The position numbers and the translations under genes were made by a program. 64,000 nt of DNA from Rebecca billardiae RCC1528 (taxonomy: Eukaryota; Protista; Haptophyta), in assembly GCA_965240325.2 (NCBI GenBank), contig OZ251249.1:682001-746000 (forward strand). Reading direction: 5' to 3'. A model generated the notes under the pieces. It did not search any database, had not been told where the DNA came from, and saw only the letters and a list, made by a program, of their open reading frames with translations. This document shows positions 21,801-33,800 of the stretch, piece after piece; position 1 is the stretch's first letter; the number at the start of each line of letters is the position of its first letter.

Positions 21801-24800
21801 ACCCGGGCCGGGCGCGGCGCCGGGCGGCCGTGCCGCCGCGCGCGCGCGTGGGCGCGCGCATCCGGGCGTCTGCGCGCGCGCGCCTTCTTTGCATAGACGA
21901 AGAGCGACGGCAGCTTGGGCAGCTTCGCCTCGCCCTTCGCGCCCACGGCGACGCTCATCTTGAGGCCCTGCCCCAGCGCAGCTGCACGCCGCAGCACGCA
22001 GCACGCAGCACGCAGCGCGCAGCGTGCGCGCCGCGGCGGGTCGGGGCGGCGTGAGCGCGTGCGCGCGTGAGCGCGGGCGGAGGCGGCGCGCCGGGCGCGC
22101 GCGCGCGCGCACACCCGCTCCGCCCGCCGGCGCGGTCACGGTGACCGGGATCGACTTGGAGAACTGGCCGCGGCCCGCCAGGTTGCGCCCGGCCAGCCTG
22201 AACTGGTACCGCCGGCCCAGCTCGAGCCTGCAGCCGCAGCCGCAGCAGCGGCAGGTCCAAGCCGCGCCGCGCGCGCGCGTGCGAGCGTGGTGGCGCGTGA
22301 GCGGGGCGCCTCAGCCGAGCGCGCGCCGGCGCGCGGCGCCACGCTACGCGGCGTGCACGCACGTGCGCTCACGCGCGCGCAAGCCCACCCGCCCGCGCAT
22401 GCACGCACAGCACACCCCACCCAAGCCCGGTCGCCGCATGCGCGCACAACGCGCGCCCGCGCGCGCCCGCAACTGCCAGCAACCGCGCGCGCCGCGCGCG
22501 CCGCGCGCGCCGCGCGCGCCCTCGCACCCGAGCGTCGCGAGGTCGAGCTCCATGGGCAGGCGCGGCAGCTCGCGGATGATCGGCGCAGACGCGGTGGCGC
22601 CGCCCGCCGCCGCCGCCGACGAGTCGTCGGGCTTGATCTGTGCACGGCGGGACGCGGCGGCGCGCGGCGCCGGAGGCCAGTCGCGGCGCGCGCGCGCGCG
22701 CGTGAGCGCAGACGGTGCGGTCGGCGCGGCGCGCGCGCGGCGCGCGCGGTCGGCGCGGCGCGCACCTCGAGGACCCACTTGCTCGCCTTGCGCTTCTCCT
22801 CCTTCTCGAGGGCCTTCGCCACGAGCTCGACGCGCAGCTGCGACGCGCCGCGCTCCTCGGGCAGCGGCGTGAGCTGCGGCGCGGGCGGCGGCGGCGGCGG
22901 CATCACAAGGTGCTGCGGTGCCTTTTTGATGAGCACCGTCTCGCCTGCGCGGATGTGGCCGTAGTGCGTGAAGAGCGCCTGCGTGGCGGTGTGCCTGCAC
23001 CAGACGGAGAGCGTGTCGAGGAACCACGCGCCCGCGCCGCCCTCGCGCCGCTCGATCCGGAGCTGCACGTTCGCCAGGTCGTAACCGACATCGAGTAACG
23101 GCTTTCCGCTCGCGTCGCGCGACACGTCGAATGTTTCGACCGTGCCGCGCTCGAAGCGGTGTGGCGCCTTGAGCTTGATCTCCTCGGTGGGCGTGCGGCC
23201 GTCGGCCCCGCCGAGCAGGCGCAGGCTCACCGTGCCGTCGAACGCCGCCTGCTCTGCGTCGCCCGTCGCCACCGCGATCCGGTACAGAGGGCACACAGGG
23301 AGTTCCGCCCAGTCGGCGCCCACCAGCGTCGGCTTGGCCGCGTCGGTCCCCTCGAAGCGCCATGCGGATTGGTCCGAGAGCGAGGTGAGCGTTGCGGACT
23401 GCAGCCGCCACTCGGGCCCGCTGGCGTCGTCGTCGTCGAGCGAGAAGGCGGCCGAGCTCAGGTCCGAGAGCGGCTCCACCGTCTTGAGCAGGAACACGTC
23501 GGTCTGCCCGGGCTTGAAGAGGCGCGGCCGCGTCGCCTTCACGCGCGCGCCCGAGTCCGCCTTCACAGAGAATCGATACTCGGGATTCTTCGACTCGGCG
23601 GAGAGCTCAAACGAGTCGTCGGCGTCGCCGCCGTGGAGGAGGTCGAGCACCGCGCTCTCGCGCGGCTCGCCGCTCTCCGTGCCGAACTCGGTGCGGAACA
23701 GCGCGAGCCACACCGGCTCCTCCGCGCCGCCCGCCGTGCCGGTCGAGACGGCGGACGCTTTGGCGCGCGTCGTCACGCGAAGCTCGTACTCGTACGTCTG
23801 TTCCTTGTCCGCGTCCGCGAGGTCGTCGGGCGTGGGCGGCAGCTCCTTCGAGAGGAGCGCGGAGACGCGCTCGTCCAGCTCGCGCACCTGCGTGCGCGGC
23901 GGCCACGAGAGAAAGGGGCGGCGCGCGCGTGGCGGCGGCGGCGGTTGGCGCGCGCGCCGAGCGCGCCCGCAAGCGCGCGCCGCGCGGCCGCGCGCGCGCG
24001 CACACGCCGCGCGCGCGGGGGCGGGCGGGCCGTCGCGGCGCGCGGCGCAGGGCGCACGGCCGCGCGCGCGTGCGCGTGCGCGCTTGCGTGCGCGCACCTC
24101 GTCCAGCACCTTCTCGATCTGCGAGAGCTGCCCCGACGTCTTGACGAGGTTGCGCCCGCGGCTGCGCGGCGTCTCACTCGGCTGCTCGGGCGCGGGCGCG
24201 GCCGTGTAACGCTCGTCGTCGCCGCGCTCTCCCCAGTCGCGCAGCTCGGCGAGGCGCAGCGAGCCCGTGGATACGACAGAGGCGGTCTGCACCGTGCGCA
24301 GCACAGGCGCGAGCGCCGCCGTCGCACTCGCGCCCGCGCCGCCGCCGCGCGCGCCGCCGCCTGCGTGCTTGGACTCGCGGTAGGCCTTCTTGTCCACCGA
24401 CGCCCAGTGCATCAGCTTGGCGCGCAGCAGCACCTGTGCGCGCGTGCGTGCGTGCGTGGGCGCGTGTGCGCGCGTGAGTGCGCGCGTGTGTGTGTGTAGG
24501 CGAGTGCGGGTACTGTGTCCGCGCACACGCGCAGCGCAAGGCAACCGCGCGGCGCAGGCTGCGGCTCGGCGCGCGCGCGGCTGCTGCGCCCAACGGCCAC
24601 ACGCAGGCAGAGGCAGCAGACGAGCCGAAGCGCGAAACAAAGGCCACAACAAAAGGGGGCGCGCGCGCGCGCACCTTGTCCATCACGTTGAGCCACTTGT
24701 GCAGCAACGGCAGCATCGCGCGCAGCGCCTCGAGCGCGCCGCGGCAGACCATCTTGGCCGTCCACAGCTTGCGGAGCGCGCCGTTGTACAGCTGCTCGCA

Positions 24801-27800
24801 GTCCTCCGCCGAGTAGACCGCGCCGCCCGACGCGGCGGCCGCCGCGGCGGCCGCCGCGGCGCGCTCCGCCGCGGCGCGCTTCTGCGCGCGCGCCGCGGCG
24901 GAGCGGCCGCGCGCGCGCGTGCTCTGCGCGCCGTATGCCACCGCCGCCGCCGCCGCCGCCTCCGGATTTTGGAAGAGCTCGGGGTAGGTTGCCTTGTAGG
25001 ATTCGCGCAGCAGCTCGTGCAGCGAGACCTCCCACCCGTCCACGAGCCGCTGCTGGATGCCCACCACCTGCAAGCACGCGCACAGCCGACCAGCCGCGGC
25101 GGGGGGCGCGCGGAACACGCAGAGCGCGCGCGCGCAGGCGGGTGTGTGCGTGGGCGCGGCCGCGGCGGGCGAGCGGCGGCCCGTCAGCCGCGCAAAGGCA
25201 CAGCAGCACAGCGCCGCGCGCGGACAGCAGCCAGCCGCCCGCAGCGGCCACACGCTCGCGCGCACGCGCGGCACTCGGCCGCTCGGCCGCGCGGCGGCGC
25301 GGCGGTGGCGTGCGGCGCGCAGGCGCGCTCGGTGCGGCGCGTGCGCGCGCGCGCGACGCTGGCGCGCGTGTGCGCGCGCACCTCTGTGACGAGGTTGAGC
25401 ATGCCCTCCTCGAACTGGTCGAGCTTCGCCTCGTTGGAGCGCTCGAGCATCGCGCGCGTCGGCGCCGCCATCGAGCCCCACGTCGCGCGCCCCGGGTCGT
25501 CCTGCCCGCCGAGGCCAAACATTGAGAACAGATCGGCGGCGCCTCGGCTCGAGCGGCGCTCGGCGGCGCCGGCGGCGCCGGCGGCGCCGGCGGCGCCGCC
25601 GTCGGCCGGGTGCGCGGGCTTTGCGGCGCTGCTGCGCGCGAGCGACTCGGCGCGCTTGACGAGCCACGCCCTGCCGAACCGCTCCATCTCGCCGAGCAGC
25701 CGCAGCTCCGCCTGCCGCTTCGCCGCGTACATCGCTTCGGTCTTGCGGCCGTCCACGCGCGACTTGACGAGCGCTAGCTGCCGCTGCAGCGCGCGCAGTG
25801 TCTGCTCCTCGACGCTCGCCGCGCGGTCGAGCTCGGAGACGCGGCGGTCGACCTCGGACTCCTGCGCGCGGGCGCACGGCGTGCGTGGGCGGCGCGCGTG
25901 AGCGGTGCCACGCCCGCGCCGCGCGCCGCGGAGCCTCGGGGCGGCCGCGCGCCCGCGCGCGCGCTCGCGCGCGATCCCGCCTGCGTCGCGCGTCCGCCGC
26001 GGCCGCCGCGTCCGCCGCGTCCGCCGCGCCGAGCGCGCGCGCACCTCCGCGCCCTCCCACGTGTACTTGAGGAAGCAGTTGCGCTCGTCGACGGCGTACG
26101 GGTCGTTGCTCGTCAGCTTCGCCAGCTCGGCCGGGTCCGTCACCGCCGCGGGCAGCTGCAGAGGCACCGGCGCGCGGTTGATGGCTGGAACAGTGACGAC
26201 AGGCGCGCGGCCGCGGCGCGCGGCCGCGGTCGCCGACGGCATCGCGCCGCCCTTCGCGACGGCGAGCATCTCGTCGTCGGAGAGCCCGGTGCGCACGTGC
26301 CCGGACGCGTCGGTCGACCACGCCACCAGCCCCGCCGCGAACGTGAGCGTGCCCACGGGGACGTGCAGTCGCGTGATGGACGGCGGAAGCAGACGAGCCA
26401 GCGCCTGCGGCCGAGCGCGCGCGCGCGGAGGCGGTGGCGGCGGTGGCGGCGGTGGCGGCGGCGCGCGGCGGTGGCCGCGCGGGTGGCGGCGGGGGCGCGG
26501 GTGAGCGTCGCCGGCCCCCGCCCGCGCAGCGCGACGGGCAGGCTCGCGCCTCGCGCGCGGGCGACTCACCGCCTGCGGATTGGCGCGTAGCTCGGTCGCG
26601 CGCGCGCGCGCCGACGCCTGCCGACGTCCGGTGCGCCGCTGTGCGTTGTGCCGCTCCGCCTCCTCCTGCGACGAGATGAGCAGCGAGTCGACGGCGGCGA
26701 CCACGAAGCTGCGCACGGCGCGCGCGGGGGCGCGGCGCGCGTGCCCGCGTGCGCTCGCAGCGTCAGCAGCCGCACACGCGCGCCGCGCTCTCACGCGCGC
26801 GCTTACGCGCGCCGCGCCGCGCCGCGCCGCGCTGTGCCGGCCGCCGCTTGGAATAAGGAGGAGGCGCGCGCGGCGGGCAGCGCGCGGCGGACGCCGCGCC
26901 GCGCGTACCCTTTCCACCCGCGCACCTGCGCGCGCGTCTCGGGCACCTCCACCACCGCCGCGGCCCCCTCCGCGCCCTGCGCCGCGCCGCTGCCGGGCGC
27001 GCCCGCAGGCCAGATCAGATCGGCGAGCGAATCGGTCGCGCCCGCGGCCTCAAACAATTCGAGTATTGGCATGTCCATGTCCTTCGCCACCACCGTGCGG
27101 TCGGCGACGGTGACCGAGCTGCGAGCGCGCGCGCGCGCGCGCGCACGGCCGCGCCAGGGGGTGAGCGCGCGTGCTCGCGCGCGCGCGCGGGCGGCGCGCG
27201 GCGAAGCGGCGGCGGCGGCGGTGCCTGCGTGCGCGCCGCGTGCGCGCGCGCGCGACCGGTGCCGCGCGCGCGCGCCGCCGGCCGCGCGGCCCGCGCGCAC
27301 CGGCTGCGCTCGCCCGTCTTGTCGACGAGCTTGACGGCGCCGTCGGCCTTGCCCTCGGCGGCCAGCAGCTCGCTCAGCCGCACCCAGCACCGCCCGATCG
27401 GGTCGCTCACCATGCCGTTGGACGCGTCTCGCGTCGGCGGCGAGAGCGCCGCGTGCAGCGCCGGCTCGAGCGCCGCGGCGCGCCGGAGCTCGCGCACGCG
27501 CTCCGCCTCGGCGGCCGCCTCGATCGAGTCGGCGGGCGGCGGGCGCCACTCCTCGCGCGCGGCCTCGAACGCCGCCGTCTCGCGCCGGTACCCCACCGCG
27601 ACGAACAGCGCCTCGCGCAGCTGCCGCTCCAAGACGTCGTTCAACTCGAGCGGCAAGTACGGCGGACCGCCAATATCGCCCGGCTGGCGGCGGTGCACCT
27701 CGAAGCGGAGCAGGCACTCCTCCGCGTGGGTGTACGCGTCGTTGTCGATCGCGAGCACCAGACGCTCGTCCCACCACACGGGCACGGCGTCCGCGGACGC

Positions 27801-30800
27801 GGCGCGCTTCTTCTTGGGCGGCGCGGCCGCGGCGGCGGCGGCGCCGCCCGCCGCCGCCGCGCCCGCCGGCTTGGCGGCGCCGCCATCCTTGCCGCCGGCC
27901 GCCGCCGCGCCCGCCGCGGGCTTCTGGCCGCTGCTCGCGGCGGCGGCGCCGTTGGCAGCCGCGGCGGCACCACCGCCGCCTCCGCCTGCCCCGGCCGCGG
28001 GCGCGTCCGCCACGGTGGGCGCCAGCTTCTTGAGGTTGCCCACGATGGTCGGCAGCCGCGCCTGCCGAGCGGCGCGCGGCGCGCGGCGCGGGCGGGCGGG
28101 CGGGCGGGCGGGCGGGATGGGATGGTCAGTTGAGGGCAGGGGCGCGCGCACGCTTGCGCGCGACAGCACGGCCGCACACACTCGGGTCGGCGCGCCCGGC
28201 GGCGCGCGACCCCCTCGCTCTCCGCGCGCGCGCCCCGAACCCCAACCCTAACCCCAACCCTACCACCCTAACCCTACCCTAACCCTCAGCCCCAAGCCTC
28301 AGGCCCGCACCTTGGCGCCGCCCGCCTCGCGCGAGCCCGGCTTCGTCACGAAGAGCTCCTCCTCCGCGGTGCCGAGCGCGGCGTACGCGACGGTGAGGAA
28401 CACGTCGTCCAGCTCGAGCGCCATGCCCAGCCGCTTGGCGAGCGTCGCGAGCTCGACGATCAGGATGCGCTGCATGCCGCCGCGGTCGCCGAGCGCGTCG
28501 GACCGCGCCGCGCCGCCGCCCGCCGCGGCCGCGCCGAGCCCGCCGTCGGCGAGCTTGCCGCCCAGTGTGAGCCGCTTGTGCTTCGGGCTCCCGCGCGGCG
28601 AGCCGACGCCGTCGTGCGCCGCCGACCCGCCGGCGCCGCCGTCGGCGCCGCCGCCCGCCGCGCCGCTGCTGTGCGTCATGCGGTAGGCCGCCTCGCGCGC
28701 GCGTCCCTCCGCCTGGGCTCGCGCGGCGGCGGCGCGGCGCGCGCGGCGGCGCGGCGCGGCGCGCGGCGGTGACGCGCGTAAGTGCCGCGCGGCGCGGCGG
28801 GTGTTGCGGCGGCGGCGGCGGCGGCCATCAGCGTCGCGCGCGCGCAGCGCACGCCCCCGCGCGCGCGCCGCGCCGCGCCGCCGCACCTCCGTCAGTACGC
28901 GGACCAGCACCGGCGTGCCTTTGTCGGCGACGCCGCGCGCGCGCGCGCCCGAGCCAGCGTAGCCGCGCGCGGTGAGCAGCGGCGCGGCGTCGCCGAGCGC
29001 CGCGCCCTGCGCGTCCGTGAGCAGCTCGACGAGCGTGGCGCGCACCGCGTCCGCCCGCCGCTGCGCGAGCTCCGTCAGCTGGTCCACCGAGAGCGCCGCC
29101 GTGCCCGCCGCCGCGTCGGGGTGGGCGGTCAGCTCAATACTCACACGAAGCAACGGTGAGCGCGCCAGTAGCAATTCGGCGTTCACGGCCGCGAGAGCGC
29201 GCGCCGCCGAGCCGAGGAGGATGGAGGTGGCGGTGGGCGTGGCGAACTCGGCGCCCGCCTTTGCAAAGTGCACGCCGCGCTTGAGCCGCAGCTGCATCCG
29301 CGCGAGGTCCAGCTCGACGTCCGGCGCCGTGTCGGCGAGCCGTGCCTCCGCCGCCGGTTGGAGCTGGGATGCGGCGGGCGGCGGCGGGAAGGGCGCGGCG
29401 CGCGGACGCGAGCGACGAGCGCGGGTGGAGGTGCGCGGCGTGAGCGCGCGAGGCGCGAGCGCGCGGCCGCGGGCAGGGCAGCGCGCGCGCGTCGACGGCA
29501 CGGCGCGCAAGCCCAGCGCGCGCCGCGCGCGCCCGACGCGCGCACGCACGCGCACGCGCCACCGCCGCGGCCCGCGCCGCGCGCGCACGGCCGCGCGCGC
29601 GCGCACCCTCTGCAGAAATGCGGCATACTCGCTGCGGTCCGTGCCCGCGCTCGGCGCGCCGAGCACGCCGCCGCGCGGGCGCGTGACGGTCGGCAGCCGC
29701 GCGACCAGCCTGGGGTAGATCTCGTGCGGCGGCAGCTCGCCCAGCCACATGACGAACGAGCCCGACGCGACGACGAGTGGGTGGCGCACGCGCGCGCGCG
29801 TGAACTCGCCCGGCCGCTTCGCGCCGCCCGGCCCGCCGCCGCGCCGCCGCTCGCCCATCTCGAAGTCGACGCGCGGCTGCGCGGCCGCGACCAGCCGATA
29901 CAGCTTGCGCAGCGTGCGCACCTTGCGCGCGCCCTCGATCGCCGTGCCGCCGCCGCTGCCGCCGCCGCCACCCTCGGCCTCATCCGCGGCGGCGGCGGCG
30001 GCGCCGCCCTCGCCACCGCCGCCGCCGCGCGGCGAGGGCGGCGCCGCGCCGCCGCCCTCGCCGCCGCCGCGCCGCTTCTGCACGCCGGCCGCCTGCCGCC
30101 ACGACGCGCGCGCCTCGTCGTGGTCGAGCTGCCGTCCGTACGCGGTCACGTCCTCGTCCTCGGCCAGCGCGAGGTACGCGTCGCACCTGCACCGCGCCGC
30201 GCAGCACAGCAAAGCGCAGCACCGCGCAGCACAGCGCAGCACAGCACAGCACAGCACAGCACAGCGCAGCGCAGCACAGCACAGCGCAGCACAGCACAGC
30301 ACAGAGCGCAGCACAGCGCAGCACAGCGCAGCACCGCGCACGCGTACACAGATAGCCACGCGAGCACACGGCGCGCACGGGGCGGGAGCGGTGGATGGGC
30401 GGGCGGGCGGGCGCGCCGGCCGGAGGGCGCCGCGGAGGGGGGAGGCGTGTGGTTGGGTCAGCGGCAGGGGCGGCGCGCGAGGGGCGGCGCGCTCGCGCGA
30501 GCACGCGCGCGCGCGCGGCGCGGCACTCCGCCGCGCGGCGCGCACGCGGCGGCGGCAGCAGCAGCGGCGGCGGCGCGCGCACGCGGCGGCGGCCGCAGCG
30601 GCAGCGGCGGTGTCGCGCGCACCACTCCTCGTCGTCCAGGTCCTGCGGGTCGCGCACGTGCCGCCGCGCCGCCTCCGCCGCCATGTAGTCCAGCAGCGCG
30701 TACCGCTGCGCCCACAGCTCCGGCAGCTTGAGCGCGAGCGTGAGCGCGCGCTCGGAGAGCGGTTCGCACGACGGCTCGCTCCACTCAGCGCGGCCCGTGT

Positions 30801-33800
30801 CCGGCGCGTACTCGAAGACGGCGCGCGCGTCGTACGCCGCGGCCCACTCGCCGACGATCACCTCGCCCTGCCGCTCACCGAGGAACGACGCCGCGGGCGG
30901 GAAGAAGCCAGGCTTGACGGGGGGCGTGTACCGTTTGGTCCACGAGAGCTGCGTGCCGCGCGCGTCCGCCGCCTTGCCCTCGATGGTGAACGCGCCCACC
31001 TCGTCCTTGCCCGAGCCCGAGAGCACCACGCCCGCCAGCCCCTGCTCCGAGAAGATGATTTGCATCGAGGAGAGCTGCCGAGACTTCTCTGCTCGGCGGG
31101 AGGGCGGGCGGGCGGGCGGGGAGGCGGAAGGGAGGGCGGGGGTTGGCGCGTGTGCGCGCGCCGCGCACACGCGCGGTGCGCTGTGCGCGCGCCGCGCCGC
31201 GCCCACCCGTCCCCCGCGCGCCGCGCGCCGCGCGAGGCCAAGGAGGGCGGCGCACGCAGCGCGCCGCGCCGCGCGGGGTTGCGCGTGCCGTGTTCAAAGT
31301 AGCCCGTCCACAGCCCCGAGATGCGCGTGGTCTCGGGCACGGCGTTGGTCACCTCGTGCAGCAGTCTGTCCTTTCCCTTGCGCCGCAGCGCCACGCCCGC
31401 CTGGATCCGCCCGCCGTCGACGGAGCCGGGCAGCTTGAGGTCGAACCAGCCGAGGTTGCCCTCGTGCAGCTTTGCAAAGTCGGCGAGCTTGAGCCGCACC
31501 TCGCCCAGCGCCGCGCCGAGCGGGTTGGACGGCTTGACGTCGACGATCGAGATTGCAATCTCCCGCCGGCGCACCTCGTCGCCGTCAAGCCCGTGCCACT
31601 CGGGCGAGCGGTACCCCCACGCGGCGTGGCCAGTCTTGGTGTGCACCGCGGCGGTGGTGACGGCGTACCCGCCCACCTTGGCGCGCGCGCGCACGTTCAG
31701 CTCGCGCTTGCTGCCTGCCGCGGCGCGCGCGCCGGCGCGGCCGGGGCGGGCGGGCGAGGCGGCGCGCTGAGCACGCGCGGGCGCGCGCCACGCGGGCACT
31801 CGAGGCTGCCCCCCTCTCCCACCCACGCGCGGCGCGCTCAACGTGCGCGCGCGCGCGCGCGGACGCGCGCGCGCCGCACCGAACAGCCCGCCGCCGCCCT
31901 GCTTCCACTTGACGTCCACCGCGGCGAGCGTGATTCGCATCTCCCAACCGTCCTCCTCGTCCGACTCGTCCGAGCCGTACCCGCCGCCGCCGAACAGACC
32001 GCCGCCGCCGCCGCCGCCGGAGCTCGAGTGACTCTCGCGGTCGGCGGCCGCGCCGGACACGCCGCGCGCGCCGGACGTGCGCGTGGCGCCCCGCCCTCCG
32101 AGCTTGAGCCCGAAGAGCGTCCTGCGCCCGCGCGCGCCGCCCGCGCCTGAAGTACGCGGCACGCCGAGCGCCTCCAGCGCATCCTCGTCCAGCTCGGGCA
32201 GCTCGTACGGGACGCACGTCGGGCCGAGCAGCCGCGCCTTGATCCCGTTGAGCGACGAGTAGAGCTCCTCCGCCGAGCGGCACGCGACGTACTTTTGCGT
32301 CGCGAGCAGTTTCTGCGGGGCGCGTGCGCGCGCGCGGGTGCGCGCGCGTGCGCCGTGCCAGGCGCCGCGAGGGCGGTGCGGCCGGCGCGGGGGGCGCGCG
32401 CGGTTAGCGCGCGCGCGCGCGCGCGCGCGCACGGCAGGGCCGGAGCGCCCGCGCCGCCACGCGCGCCGGCCGCCACGCCGCGCGGCCCGCGGCCCGCCCC
32501 CCCCGCGCGCACCTTGCGCCGGTGCACCTCCCGCATCGGCAGCAGCCGCTGCAGCCGCTGCAGCAGCAGGAGTTCCTCTGAGAGGGAGACTGAGCGCGCG
32601 CCCTCGTCCAGGTCTGCGTAGTAGTCAAGGGTGGTAAGCATCTGCTGCTGCAGCAGGTCGCGCAGCCACAGCATCGTCTCGAGCCGCTGCAGCTGCCGCG
32701 TGAGCGCCTTGCACTCGTCCGCAGGCGCCGCGGCGAACTTGGCGAGCGCGGTGAACTCGCCAATCAGCATGGCCGCCGGCTGCACGTTGAGCGTGGCGGT
32801 CGAGATCAGGATGGAGGGCGACGCGACGGGCGCGGCCACCTGCCCTGCGAGCTGCGTCAGCTCGAGCGTCATCGACTCGAGCGAGCTGTGGTCCAGGTTG
32901 AGGCACGCCGTGCACAGCTCGGCGAACGCGCCGCGCTCGACCGCGCCCTCGCCCGCCTGGATGAAGGCGGAGAGGGTGAGCTCGAACGCGCGCGACGAGA
33001 GAAAGACGGCGCCAAACGGGACGAGGGTGAGACGCTCCAGGTCGAGGAAGGCGGGCGGCGCGCCGTGCGCCGCGCCGAGCATCGCGTGCCACAGCTGCAG
33101 CAGCACGCCCAGCCGCCCGGCCGAGCGGAGGAACATCTGCTCCAGCATCGCGCGCCCCTGCTCCGCAGTGAGCCGGCCGAGCGGCGCCCAGCGGAGCGCG
33201 ACCAGCTCTGCGATCACCTCCGGGTTGAACGAGCCGTGCACCAGCGCGTACTCCTTGATCACCTCCAGCGTGGCGGCGAGGCTGAGCGGCCCGCCGCCGC
33301 CGGCGCCACCAGCGCCGCCGCCCTTCGCGCCGCCGCCGAGCGCCCAGCTGAGACCGCCGCCGCCGCCCCCACCGCCCGGGTTCGCGGCCGCCTCCTGCCC
33401 CGCCGCCGCGGCCGCGCCATCGACTCCCGCCTTCACCGGCCGCGTGGTCGGCACAGCCGCGTCCTCCGCCTCGCGGGCGTACTCGTCGCGCTTGCGCTGC
33501 GGCGGCGCGGCGCGGCGCGGGGCGGGGGGCACGCGGCGCGGGGCGGGGCGCGCGGCGGTGAGGGCGCAGCCGAGCGGTCGGGCGCGCGCGCGCGCCTGCA
33601 CACGGGCGTGCGCCGGTGGCTGGCGCGTGGCGGCGGCGGCGGCGGTGTGCTGCGCCGCCGCTGCAGCCGGGCGTGCGGCGGCCCGGACCGGAGCCGCCTC
33701 CCGGCAAACCGCCTCCCCCGCCCCGCGCGCGCGCCACCCCCACCACCCTAACCCTCAGACACAGCCCCGCCCCCACGCCCACACGAAGTGGCGACGCGCG

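Noticed and set aside
28299-28310. Stop codon suggesting the giant gene is two genes
   Set aside because: The TGA lies just inside an intron (AAG|GTGCGG). Splicing to 28061 keeps phase and joins the two halves of a C2-like domain.
30146-30367. Cys-rich metallothionein-like ORF
   Set aside because: Translation of an intronic pentanucleotide repeat.
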